A stretch of DNA of 61,251 nucleotides, taken from positions 1 to 61,251 of the forward strand of contig NW_021832402.1 in the NCBI RefSeq assembly GCF_006345805.1, read 5' to 3'. The notes under the pieces were generated by a model. That model searched no databases. It saw only the letters and a list, made by a program, of their open reading frames with translations, and was not told where the DNA came from. The DNA comes from Octopus sinensis. Taxonomy: Eukaryota. Below are positions 36,059 to 47,825 of this stretch, piece after piece (positions within the stretch are counted from its first letter, which is position 1; each line of letters starts with the position of its first letter). The position numbers were made by a program, and so were the translations under genes.

Positions 36059-37657
36059 CAGTTGCGGCCAAAATGTTCAGAACGGCATTGTTTTCATCAG
36101 AAAAGTAGGTATAAGTTTTTATCAAAGTTGTTTTATATTCTATAATTTTCACAGACAATAAATACGATATTAATTGTTATTGTCTGAGATTTTGGTGTAA
36201 TTTGAGAGGATAATACAAAAGTTATGGATGATTTTGTGATTTACTGCAAAACCCATGGCAGCCAAAATGATCAGAACGGTTGAAAAAATAACAAAATATT
36301 CAAAAGTGACAAAGAATACTGGAATTATTCAATATTTAGTGTGAAGCCCTTTAGCTTCAATCACACTTTGACATCTTCGACTGCATGAGGAAATTAAATT
36401 TTCAATTTCTTGCTGGGTGATCTTATTCCATTCTTCCTGAAGGGCATTCCATAATTCCCCAGTTGTTTTAAGATTTCTGGCTTTCGAACGTTCTCCTAGA
36501 ATATTCCACACATTTTAAATAGGATTGAGATCTGGGCTTTGAGTAGGCCAATCCATAACAATAACCTTTTCAGCCTTGAGGAAGTTCATGACCACCTTAG
36601 CCTTGTGACATGGGGCATTGTCCTGCATGACTATGGGTGGTCGCTTAGTTGAATTTCTCAGCACAGGCAAGACATGATTTTTTACAAGTTGTTTATAAAT
36701 TCCTGCATTTACCTTTCCATGTAATTGCACCAAAGGGCCCACACCATCTCCAGATATCATTCCCCAAACTGTGACACTTCCTCCACCGAATTTAACACTA
36801 GTCTTCAGGCATTTAGGCGACAATTTTTCACCTGCTTTTCGACGAACGTACCTTTTCCCATCTGAGCCAAATAACATAGACTTAGGTTCATCACTGAAAT
36901 GCACCGTTTGCCATTTTTCTTGAGACCACAACACATGTTCTGTTGCAAAGGTAAGACGACACTTTTTATTCTTGGAGCTGATCAGTGGCTTCACTGCAGG
37001 TGCTCTTGCTTGTAGGTGATGTTCAACTAAACGACGACACACAGTTTTTCGAGATAAAGTTTTCTTCAGTACAATGCTCATTTCCCGAGAAACAGCAGCA
37101 GCAGTTTTAAATTTGTATTTTTTAACCAACTTTACCATAGCACGATCTTCTCTCTTGGTCGTTTTTCTTGGCCTACCTGTAGACTGTCTTGCTTCACACG
37201 AACCACAATCATCGTAGACCTTAAGAATACCGTGAACAACACTTTTTGACTTGTTAACAATCTTTGCAATAGACCCAATACTTAAATTATCCTTCTTTCG
37301 AAGCTAAATAATCTGATGACGAATTGGTAACGGAGTAAGTGGCATTATATTAACAAAGTACACTGCAGATATTCTTACTAATGTTTAGTAAATGAACCGT
37401 CATGTAAACAAATTCAAAACATTAGAGTTCGCTAAAACACGGAGTAAAAGCAACCGTTCTGATCATTTTGGCCACCAAAATTTGCAGTAAATCACAAAAT
37501 CATCCATAACTTTTGTATTATCCTCTCAAATTACACCAAAATCTCAGACAATAACAATTAATATCGTATTTATTGTCTGTGAAAATTATAGAATATAAAA
37601 CAACTTTGATAAAAACTTATACCTACTTTTCTGACGAAAACATTTTGGCTGCAACTG
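36059..37657 (-). mobile_element. Tc1 element with IR/DR-type long TIRs; transposase with two nonsense mutations
   Basis: TA on both sides; TIRs 36059-36282 and 37451-37657, each with repeated GCCAAAATG.TCAGAACGG sites. One frame runs from ATG 37345 to stop 36329 (338 codons) with TAG at 37304-06 and TAA at 36515-17. Motifs GRPRKTT, FSDE, GGGSVTVWG, QDNAPCH, SPDLNPI. Confidence 0.96.
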
Positions 37658-37767
37658 TATGTATGTGTATATATATCTATGTGTATATATATATATATGT
37701 ATATATATGCATATATATATATGTATATATATATATACATATATATATATGTATATATATATATCAT

Positions 37768-38192
37768 CAAAGGTCTTGGTCACTAGTGAAGCCAAGTGAA
37801 ATCATAGTCATGGCTGATGCTTGTGTCATGTAACTGGTACCCATATCGGTGGCATGTGAAAAGCACCTTTTGAGTGTTGGGCCTCATGGAGTCAATGATG
37901 AATGACCAAGACCTTTGACTTGCTGTGCTTGAGAAGAAGACCCATCAAGCCAAGTAAAATTGCAGTCATGGCAGATACCAGTGTCATGCAAATGGCACCC
38001 ATGCTGGTGACTCGTAAAAGTACCTATTACACTCTTGGAGTTGTAGGTGTTAAGAAGGGCATCCAGCCATAGAAACCATGCCAAATCAGACTGGAGTCTG
38101 ATGCAGCCTTCCAGCTTACCAGTCCTGGTCATACTGTCCAACCTATGCCAGCATAGACAATGGACATTAAATGGTGATAATGATGATGATGA
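37768..38192 (+). mobile_element. RTE 3' UTR, older subfamily
   Basis: Core AAGAAGGGCATCCAGCCATAGAAAC and (GAT)n tail. Confidence 0.82.
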
Positions 38193-38469
38193 GACTATTT
38201 TTACATACCTGTATCAATGTATGTAATATGAATTACATAATTCAGCCACGTAATATATAAATCAATACACTTATAAAGACTTGCTCATCAAGTCAAGTAA
38301 TATAGTTACTTTACTTTTCTTTCGTCAACACAGTACATATATATAAATGCAGAGAATCAACATTCATATATTGATATATGGAAGACAATAAGTAAAATGA
38401 ATGAAACGGTTTACCATAGAAGGTAGGATTATGGTGGTGGAAGAAAAGTTTATATATGGTAAGATATAG

Positions 38470-41400
38470 CATCTGCCTGGTACAAAACCAAACTGCATCT
38501 CATCTAGGCCTCCCTGTAACTTTCATCACCTGATCTAGTAATTTGATACCCCTGTAGTTATTTCTTTCCCATTGTAGCAATTGACTATGGTGCTGCTACA
38601 TCAGTCATTGGGTATGACTCCTTCATGAACTACCTGATTTACAATGCAGGTGACAAGACCATAACCCACACCGCCCGATAGTTTGCCAATGTTCAGCAAT
38701 GTGAGGACCAAAGAAATGAAGTATTTTGGATTGGAAGAGAGTGTGTGAAAGAAAGAAAACTGTGATGTCATAGAATGTCTGCATGGATGATGGTGCCCTT
38801 GCATTTAATAACTCTGCAAAGAAATAGGCATTAAATATTTATCATTAATAACCTAGAAGTAAAAATAATTGCAGAGTGGGAAATTTTCTAGTCACCCACA
38901 TAGTTTATCAAGTTGTCCATGAGGGAGTCATACCCAAAGAATGGTTTAGCATTACACTCAGCTATTACAAATGTAAAGGACATGCCATCATCATCATCGT
39001 CGTCATTTAACATCCACTTTCCATACTGGCATGGGTTGGATGGTTTGACTGAGGGCTGGTAAACCAGAAGGCTGCACCAGGCTCCAATCTGATCTGGCAA
39101 AGTTTCTACAGCTGGATGCCCTTCCTAATGCCCACCACTCCGAGAGTGTAGTGAGTACTTGTTATGTGCCACCAGCATGAGAGCCAGTCAGACGGTACTG
39201 GCATCGACCACACCTGAATGGTACTTTTCACGTGCCACCAGTACGGGAGCCATCAAATTGCTGAACCAATTGATGAAAGTTACAGAGGGATCATAGCTCA
39301 ACTAATTAGGAAAGGAGTTAGTCTAGACAAGATGCAGTTTGCTTTTGTGCCAGGGAGAAGCACTACTGAAATTATATTCTTGGTAAGGCACTGCAGGAGA
39401 AGTACTTAGCAAATCTAAACCTCTGTACCTGGCTTTTGTTGACATGGAAAAGCTTTGACAGGGTACCCCACTGCCTTATCCGGTGGTCAATGTGGAAGCT
39501 AGGGATGGATGAGTGGTTGGTGAGAGCTGTACAAGCCATATACAGAGATGCTGTCAGTAAGGTGAAGGTTGGCAATAAATATAGTGATGAATTCAGCATA
39601 CAGGAAGGAGTTCACCAAAGATAAGTTCTCAGCCCCCTCTTGTTCATCATAGTCCTCTAGCCTATAACAAAGGAATTTAAGATGGGTTGCCCTTGGGAGC
39701 TCCTCTATGCTGTTCTAGAATTAAAGGCCGTAAGTGATAATGTAGCAAAGACTAAAATCTAAGTAGGAAAGCAGACAAACAACAGACCCCTTCAGAGTGA
39801 TGGCCCTGCTTGATACGAGGGGCATTCAATAAGTAATGCCTCTGACTCACTTGCAGTTGTTTGATCTAGCTGAAATTTTGCATGTGCAATTATCTATATC
39901 TCTATAGATTAAGTGGTAAATTACAGCTCTGAACTAATTGTGGTTTCTGATTTACAGGTGTTTGAACTGAGTCAAGTGTGAAATGGAGCCTGTTGAGTGT
40001 CGGGCAGTGATCTGCTTTTTATATTTGAAAGGACGCACACCACGGGAGACTTTTGATGAAATGAAAGTAACTTATGGTAATGATGCCCCATCATATGACC
40101 TTGTAAAACGCTGGCATTGTGAATTCAAACATGGTCGGAACTCTGTGGAAACAGCTCCCAGATCTGGTCGCCCCCTACTGCTATTGATGAGGCATCTGTC
40201 CATCAAGTTGAGGCTGCCATTTTGGAAGATCTACGCATAACTATTCGGCAAATAGCCCATGAGGTCAAGATTAGTACCGGGTCTGTGGAAACCAATCATT
40301 CACGACCATTTGCATATGCAAAAGGTGTCTGCCAGATGGATTCCCAGGTTGCTCACACCTTTCCGGAAGCAAGAATGCGTCGAGTGCTCGAGGATGAATT
40401 TGGAGATGTGCCAAGAAGATGAGTCAACATTTTTCAAAAGACTGATTACACAGGATGAAACCTGGGTCCATCACTATGATCCAGAGACAAAAGCCCAGTC
40501 AATGCAGTGGAAGCACTGTGACTCACCTCCTCCAAAGAAGGCAAAGGTGCAGCCCTCCACTAGCAAGGTCATGCTCATAGTCTTCTGGGACCAGGACGGA
40601 GTAGTGATGACAGATTTCCTGGCAAAGGGTACCACAATTACAGGAGCCTATTATGCTTCACTTTTGATGAAATTAAGAGAAGCTATCAAAATCAAGAGGC
40701 GGGGCAAGATCAGCAAAGGCATCCTCCTCCTGCAGGACAATGCTCCGGTCCACAACTCGATGGTCGCCAGATCAGAAGCACAGGCGTGCGGCTATGAACT
40801 CCTCCCCCACGCCCCTACTCTCTTGACCTTGCACCCTCGGATTTTCACCTCTTCCCAGCCATGAAGTTGTTTTTGAAAGGAAAGCGTTTCCCAGATGATG
40901 CAGCCTTGATTATTGACGTCACGTCGTGGTTGGAGGACCAAGCTGGGGTCTTCTACAAAAACGGTCTCCAGAGCTGCATCAAACGATGGGAGAAATGCGT
41001 AACTCTGGGTGGTTTCTATGTAGAAAAAGACTAATAACTGTGCCAAGTTTCGTTGCTCTACTGCTATGGGAAGTGGGTCAGAGGCATTACTTATTGAACG
41101 CCCCTCGTATGTAGAAACTCTGTAAGGTATACTCTGTGCAAACTTTGCACACATAAGAGGTGCAGCAGTATGGGGGTGGGGTTAACAAAGAAAGTAGTCT
41201 TTGTACAGGTGCAATAAACACTAGAATTATAGAGAAAATAGACTTCATCAAATGCCCAGGAACATACCTAGAAGTCAGTAATATAGGTGGATGCTCTGAG
41301 AGCATAGCTGCTAGAATAAGAACAAACTGGGCAAACTTCAGGGAGCTTCTAAATTTATTGATTAGAAGGGCTTCTTCTTTAGAGTGAAAGGCAGATTGTA

Positions 41401-41580
41401 TGGTGCCTGTGTGTGAACAGCCATGCTACATGGCAGTGAAACATGGGCTGTGACTGCAGCAGACATGTGAAGGCTTGAAAGAAATGAAGCTAGTATGTTT
41501 TGCTGGATTTGCAATATCAGTGTGCATGTACCACAGAATGTAAGTGGCTTTAAAGAATTGTGTATAAGAGCATCAAAGTG
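38470..41580. mobile_element. Scrambled RTE fragments in both orientations, including a + strand RT segment split by mariner
   Basis: 39255-39813 and 41110-41580 read as continuous degenerate RT/PHD/C-terminal sequence on +; a tail fragment lies at 38986-39250 (-); small +/- pieces at 38490-38985. Confidence 0.8.
39816..41107 (+). mobile_element. mariner (DD34D-type) transposon, full length (1292 bp), frameshifted transposase
   Basis: TA TSD (39814-15, 41108-09); ~37-bp TIR CGAGGGGC(A/G)TTCAATAAGTAATGCCTCTGAC; PRSGRP, WIPRLLT, TQDETWVHHYDPE, LLQDNAPVH, degenerate YSPDLAPSDF region. Confidence 0.96.
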
Positions 41581-41776
41581 TGGGTGTGAAAAATTGAAAA
41601 TCAGTACATATTCACAACTATGAGACAGTATATTTTACCCATTACTTCTCAGTCTGTGAGAGAAAGCAAAAATTACTACCTGTATCAATGTATATAATAC
41701 TGACTTCTAGGTATGTTCCCGGACATTTGATGAAGTCTATTTTCTCTATAATTCTAGTGTTTATTGCACCTGTACA
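41202..41776. repeat. 79-bp inverted repeat of RTE-derived sequence (arms 41202-41280 and 41698-41776)
   Basis: Arms are reverse complements with 2 mismatches. Confidence 0.9.
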
Positions 41777-42460
41777 TCTGCCATACACAAAGTAATGAAA
41801 ATCTGCTGAAGAAAAGTGTAAATTTCCATTTCAAAATTTTCAAGTGATTTGTTCAAATATGTTCAAATATTTGGCAGCCTTTCTCTCCAAGTTTTCTCAC
41901 AAATGTCTTCACCACCTGTTTACAGACAAACATTTTTACTCCAGTGACATGTTTGGTAAATATACTATTCATAGCTGTAAGCAAGTGTATATTAACTCAT
42001 CACTTCTCAATCAGAGAAGTGTACAAAAAATTGAAAATCACAACTTGTACTTAGTAATGAAATTAACCAGTGTAACCACAATACCTTACCAATGTGTGTG
42101 TGTGTCTAACTTTACATGGTTCCTATACATGAAATCATATTAAGCTAGGATTTTGGGGGTTAGCTGCAGTTGTCTTTTCACAGATAAGGCCTACCAATAT
42201 TGGGCTATGCCTTATAGGATTATATATGTATACATTCCAAAATGTAACTACATGTGGACTGTTGGTGATTTTTTTTTCTGTCTTTCCTTTCTTTTGGACT
42301 TTCCTGTCTCCTGTTTTTGAAGAAGAGCTTTGCTTGAAGTGTATAACACCTTTTCTTTCCTTCCCAGAGCGGCTTATTAATACTTTGCATATACCATATC
42401 CTCACATTGTTTTTTCTTGTATTTTTTCTCCATTTTTTTTATTAACTATACACACACACA

Positions 42461-43235
42461 CATCATAATCATCATCATTTAATGTCTGTTGTCCATGTTG
42501 GCATGAGTTGGATGATTTAACCAGGGCTGGCAAGCTGGAAGGCAGCACCAGACTCGTCTGATTTGGCTGGATGCCCTTCTTAACACCAACTACTCTGAGA
42601 GTGTAATGGGTGCTTTTACGTACAACTGGTATCTGCCACAACTGTGACTTGGCTTGATGGGTCTTCTTCTGAAGCATGACATAATGCTAAAGTCATTGTT
42701 TCTGTGAGACCCAACACTTGAAAGGAATTTTTTACATGCCACTATCATCGGCCACTTTGCCTCTAACACTCAAAAGGTGCTGTTTACATACCACCAGCAC
42801 ATGTACCAGCATCAGCCATGACTAGGTTTTCTCAAGCACAGTCAATGGTCTCAATCACTAGTCATTGCCTCTGTGAGTCCTAAAGTCCAAAGATCATGCT
42901 TCACCACCTCGTCCCATGTCTACCTTTACCACAGTTAGAGATCAGCACTTCTTTACACAGCTGTCCTCTTCCATACGCATCACATGGCACACCACATCTG
43001 ATGCCTCTTACACCATCATCCATGCGGACACACTTCTCTCCTGTGACATCACAATTTTCTCTCACACACTGTCTTGCAATCAAATATACTTCAAGTTTTT
43101 GTTCTTCACATCACTGGATATTGGCAAACTTCTTTTTTGCTTCTCCCCTGGCTCGATAGATCTGTCTCCTAGCTTCCCTTCTGGCTATCCAATATAGTTC
43201 CCTGCTACCCCCATTCTTTCAGGCCATTGAGGCCT
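42461..43235 (-). mobile_element. RTE remnant with large internal deletion plus 3' UTR
   Basis: KKFANI..IARQCVRENCDVTGEKCVRMDDG is joined directly to the C-terminal WDEVVK region, followed by the 3' UTR core and (GAT)n tail. Confidence 0.82.
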
Positions 43236-44120
43236 GTTTCTTTGCTGCAAACATAAATAGGTCATTGTGTAAATTAAGTAAAGTAGCTACTGTTGGTTAG
43301 TTCATTATATATAGAGAAAGGGGGAGGTGGTTTGATAATTTTACTCTTACAGCTGTTTCTAATTGGGGAGGGGGCAGCTTGTAATGGTTTACACATCATA
43401 CCAGTATTATACAAAGGTTGAACAAAAATTGGACAGGGGTTGGACAATAATTGAGCCCCAAAGCCTCATTAGAGAATCCATAATGGTAAGAATCAAACAT
43501 GTGAGGAAGTAAAATAAAATAATAAAAATAGTAAGGCAAAAGTAATAAAGTCAATTCCAAGGTAATATCCATAGGTTATGAGATTACATCTTATTTCAAT
43601 TTACTAGGGAATATAGCAAGAGTAAGACATAGTGGAGTGGGGTTAATGGGATGGTCCATACTACAGGGGTCAAAATTTAGAAGCTAATGGCTATGTAATA
43701 GGATATCATAGAATTAACAAGGTTAACTTAATGTGAACTTATTTGGGGATATCAATACATAACTATATCAATGAAGAAATAATTTGGGTAAAAATTAAGT
43801 GTGCTGTTATTACTTATTAACAAAAAACTCATCATAATACCCCTATGGTGAGTAGGGTGAGGCCAAAGTTAATCCTACAACATAATTGGTCTGCTAGTAT
43901 TTGAAAGCAATGGCGTTGTTTAGGTCCATTAAATCTATCAATATGTAAGAACGACTGTGCGCGGGAGAGATGATGAATGAATGACTCCTTTAATACATCG
44001 CACGTTGCTTACAATAAAAGCAAAGAGGATAAATGAGTACGAGTGCCAGAAGGAAAGGAAAGAAACACAACCGTTAGATTGTTTAAGAGAAAGATTTTAT
44101 TTATGTATTAAGCATGTGTG

Positions 44121-44915
44121 TGTCATATGTACATATATAAATAATATTAATGATAGACAGGCCGTCATGTATACATAATGTGTATGTGTGTACAAACAAG
44201 GGCGTATGCGTGTGAGATAAAATACAGAGCATGGAAAGAGTTTATTAATGAGTTATTTATCTTCCTTGGGTCTGAACATTCTAATACCAGTTCGTAGTAA
44301 GGTACACAATAGTTGAAGTGCTGTAACAAGAAGTTGTGGTGAAGAAGCAGAGCCAGTTGAAGTACATGTCATGTAAGAAGTTGTAGCTACTATGCCACTG
44401 CCAGTCACTTGATACAGGAAGAACTCGCAGATTGTATTTGCTATTAACCATGGTGAAGCAATTCACAAACAATGAGGAGATAGAACCAGCCAATGGTTGC
44501 TGTGTATGTAGAGATGTGGCTGGTGACATTAAGAAGATGGAGCCGACAGAGATGGAGGTCCTGTATGCTGCTGGACGAAGTGTTGATGTTTCTTCATGTG
44601 GGCTGCTGTTGTCTGTTGTCGCTGGAACTGGCTGTGCTCTGTGGTCAGTGGTTAGACCTTAGAAGACCTTAGAAGACCTTGACTCGATGAATCGCTGAAG
44701 TTTTATAGTAAGCTATTGGTGCAGACGGAGATTTAGAAAAGATTGTCACGGGTCCTTATCAGAAGGTTGCGATTGGATGGGTTGCATATTGGCACGCAAT
44801 AGAGCAAGAGACAAACTGCGCCAATATCAACCAATCAGAGTAGTGGACACAACAGGGTTCAAGCAGCCAAAGGCTAGCTGTTATCTGCTATGCCCGTACT
44901 TATGCATATATAACA
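44121..44915 (-). mobile_element. Possible solo LTR
   Basis: TG...CA termini; several CCAAT/ATTGG boxes (44716-44840) upstream of TATAAAA (44701-07 on -); AATAAAA-like signal near 44240. No matching TSD found. Confidence 0.4.
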
Positions 44916-45024
44916 GAGAGAGAGAGAGAGAGAATTTCACTAAGTGTCAGCTACAAATAAAATACAAAATAAATGAAAATATTCAAAGAATGAATTGCCT
45001 AAGAGGCCTTACATAGTAAAGGGC

Positions 45025-45457
45025 TAGTAAATAATATTTGTGGTTAGGGATATGTTATTATGTTATGAATACATCTAAGATACATATTGATTTACAAATA
45101 ATTGTCTGAACGAGAAAAGAAAAGATGAAAAATGAATGGAAATTTTTACATTCATAGACAGGGTAATACAATATAATGATGATGATGAGGATGATGAATG
45201 CAGAGAAATATTTAGGCACTAAAATAAGGTTGAGGAGTAGTAAATAATACTTGCAATCAGGGGTATGTTATTCTGATATGAATAGATCTAAGCTACATCT
45301 CCAATTAACAAGTAATTGTCTGAATGAGAAAAGAAAAGGTGAGAAGAAAGGAATGAAAAGATATTTATAATTATAGACTATAACTAAAGGGAGGTAACCG
45401 TGTAATACATTATAATAGAATACAGAGAGATATTTAAGCACTAAAATAAGGTTGAGG
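45025..45457. repeat. Two diverged tandem copies of a ~212-bp unit
   Basis: AGTAAATAATA.TTG, TAATTGTCTGAA.GAGAAAAGAAAAG and GCACTAAAATAAGGTTGAGG each occur twice. Confidence 0.85.
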
Positions 45458-45559
45458 TTAATTTCAAATATAGAGAAAAACAGAGAGTATTCAGGTTAGG
45501 ATAGAAGTAGAGCTTAAAGGAAAATAAGAGCACTGTTCAAAATAGTAGGGTTAATTGAA

Positions 45560-46200
45560 GAGTAATAATTTTGTGTGTCTATTTACAAGAATTTCTGATT
45601 ATTCTTATTTTGTATGTTGGAGAACCAGTCTAATGAACTTGGGTGTTACTCCATAGTTCAAGCTTAATTTTGTTATTCAGTGTTTTTCAGATATCCAAAA
45701 TTACCTTAGTTACCTATATCTGATTTGTTAGGGCATATTAATCTAACTTGTGTTTTATTTGGTAAGTTTTCCTTATGGTCCTGAATTGTAATACAGGGTC
45801 TTATTGGTGTAAATGGTTCTGTTTTATCATCTAAATTGATGTCCATTATAATGTTCTTCGCTTCTAAATTTATTTTCTTGAGTGTATTATTAGAGACTAT
45901 CTTATACTTTTTGGTAATTTCCCTTTGGATGAGTTCATGTTGAATGAGTTCGCGTCATGTAGATGTTCTTAGTTTTATCCAAGTGTGTTAAAATTCCATT
46001 TTTTTGTATCAAGATCATGAATCAGGTTCTTAAGCTTTTTCTGGTATGGGTTGCGTCTGAGGGAGTAGTTCTTAAATTTAACGTTCTTAATGAAATTACA
46101 TAGTTCTTGTTCAAAATTATCCAGGTCCTTGTTCGTTGGTGGTGTTTTTTTAAAAGATACGCTTGATAAATTCATTCATTTCTGTGTTACTGATATTTGA
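45560..46200 (-). mobile_element. Naiad-like PLE RT N-terminal remnant
   Basis: FEQELCNFIKNVKF; frameshifted QDHKENLPNKTQVRLICPNKSDIG..LELWSNTQV, characteristic of that PLE group. Clade assignment is inferred from motif recall. Confidence 0.65.
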
Positions 46201-46924
46201 AGTGTTTGTAGTGTTATAAGTGCTAGAATCCAACTGTGATAGTTTCCTTTCATGCTGGTATACTTTCCATCGTAACCTATGATTGAACTCATTAATTCTA
46301 AAAATGAGTTCCTAAGACAGAACAACAGTAAACATTTGGATATAAATACATAGGTATATACATCCAGTAGTATAAAAAGTTATTTATTTAACTAAATGTA
46401 ACAAAATTCTTGATTATTTTGAACATTTACTGAATTAGAGAGTCAGTGTATGTCATTAGAAATTTGGTGGTGAAAGAGTTTTAAGACACATGGTTATGGC
46501 AGCAACATAAAAAAGTTTATGGATGCAGAACAAATCAATCCATATATTTGTGTAGAAATAGATGCAGGATTAGGTGCACACACACACAGACGCACACAAA
46601 CAATTTTATCACTTGAGATGTTTTTAACATTCCTGTTATTTCATATTTGCACCAAACTGTTGTATTTGAAAGTTTCAAAAACTGTTTATTACATTTCATA
46701 TAAAATCAACACTCCTAATGAATTCACATGATTAAAAAGAAGTCAGAAAATTAGATGTTCACATAGCTTTAATGAAAAAATTATATTAGGTATCATATAC
46801 AAAAATATGTTACAATTTTAGTATAACAAAAAATCTATTAGATTTGTAGAAAAATAAATCAAAAGTAGCAAATAAAACAAGCATTGATTTGCTATAGAGA
46901 ATTCATGGCAGTCACAAAATATCA

Positions 46925-47520
46925 ATTCTTTCTAGTTTTGACAAAAGGCCAGCAATTTTAGGGGTAAGGTGTTAGTTGATTACACTAACCCTAGTACTCA
47001 ACTAGTACTTATTTTGTTGATTCTAAAAAATGAAAGGCAAAGTCAAAGATAAAGAGCTAGAAAAAATGTCCAGTAAGGTAACAATTTAGCCAGCTCACCA
47101 CCATAATAATAGTTTCTGGTTTAGGCATAAGACTAACAATGTTGAAGAGAGAGGGTTAATCAAAATCACTGACCCCAGTACTTGACTGGAACACATTTTA
47201 CTGACCCTGAATCTATACTATAATGAAGAAAACTGCTTATTAATTACTTAAGAGTATGTTAACTTTTACTAAAAGAAAACAATCCATAAAGTTTACACTC
47301 TCTAGTAAATCTTTAAAAATTCCTATTGGTGTTTTAAGGCAGTGACCTGACAGAATTGTTAGTATACTGGACAAAATGCTTAGCAACATTTTATCCCATC
47401 TTTACACTCTGAGTTCAAATTCCACCAAGGTCAACTTTGCCTTTTATTCTTTCAGGATCGATAAAATAAATACCAATTGGGTACTGGGATTGATGTAATT
47501 GACTTACCATAGCCACTACC
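46925..47520. mobile_element. Cluster of Meta-like SINE copies/fragments (47338-47520 on +, 46925-47210 on -)
   Basis: GAGTTCAAATTCC B-box, then GTCAACTTTGCCTTTTATTCTTTCAGGATCGATAAAATAAATACCA, similar to the Meta SINE domain as recalled. Confidence 0.6.
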
Positions 47521-47825
47521 ACAGTATATATACATGGGAGTGTGGGTGAGTATCCATATGTAAGTGTACACAGAGGCAGGAATAGATGCACAGACACACA
47601 CACACACACACACTATAATGCACACATACAAACATACAAATGCAAATGTATTCATAGCATTGACTACACACACAACACAAGGTAAAAATACTTGTACTTT
47701 CACATATATAGAATTGCATAGACACCCAGGTGCACACCCATATGTGCACACATAACAGAATAACAAGAAAATCTATACGAATGGATACAAACAAGAACAA
47801 AACTAAAACACATCCACACACACAC

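Noticed and set aside
43240-43930. AT-rich stretches (also 50000-50800) as nuclear mitochondrial insertions
   Set aside because: No recognisable mitochondrial protein, rRNA or tRNA motif; better explained as PLE terminal-repeat debris.
46285-46311. Perfect 9-bp hairpin GAACTCATT/AATGAGTTC as hammerhead stem II
   Set aside because: The flanks do not give CUGANGA or GAAA on either strand.
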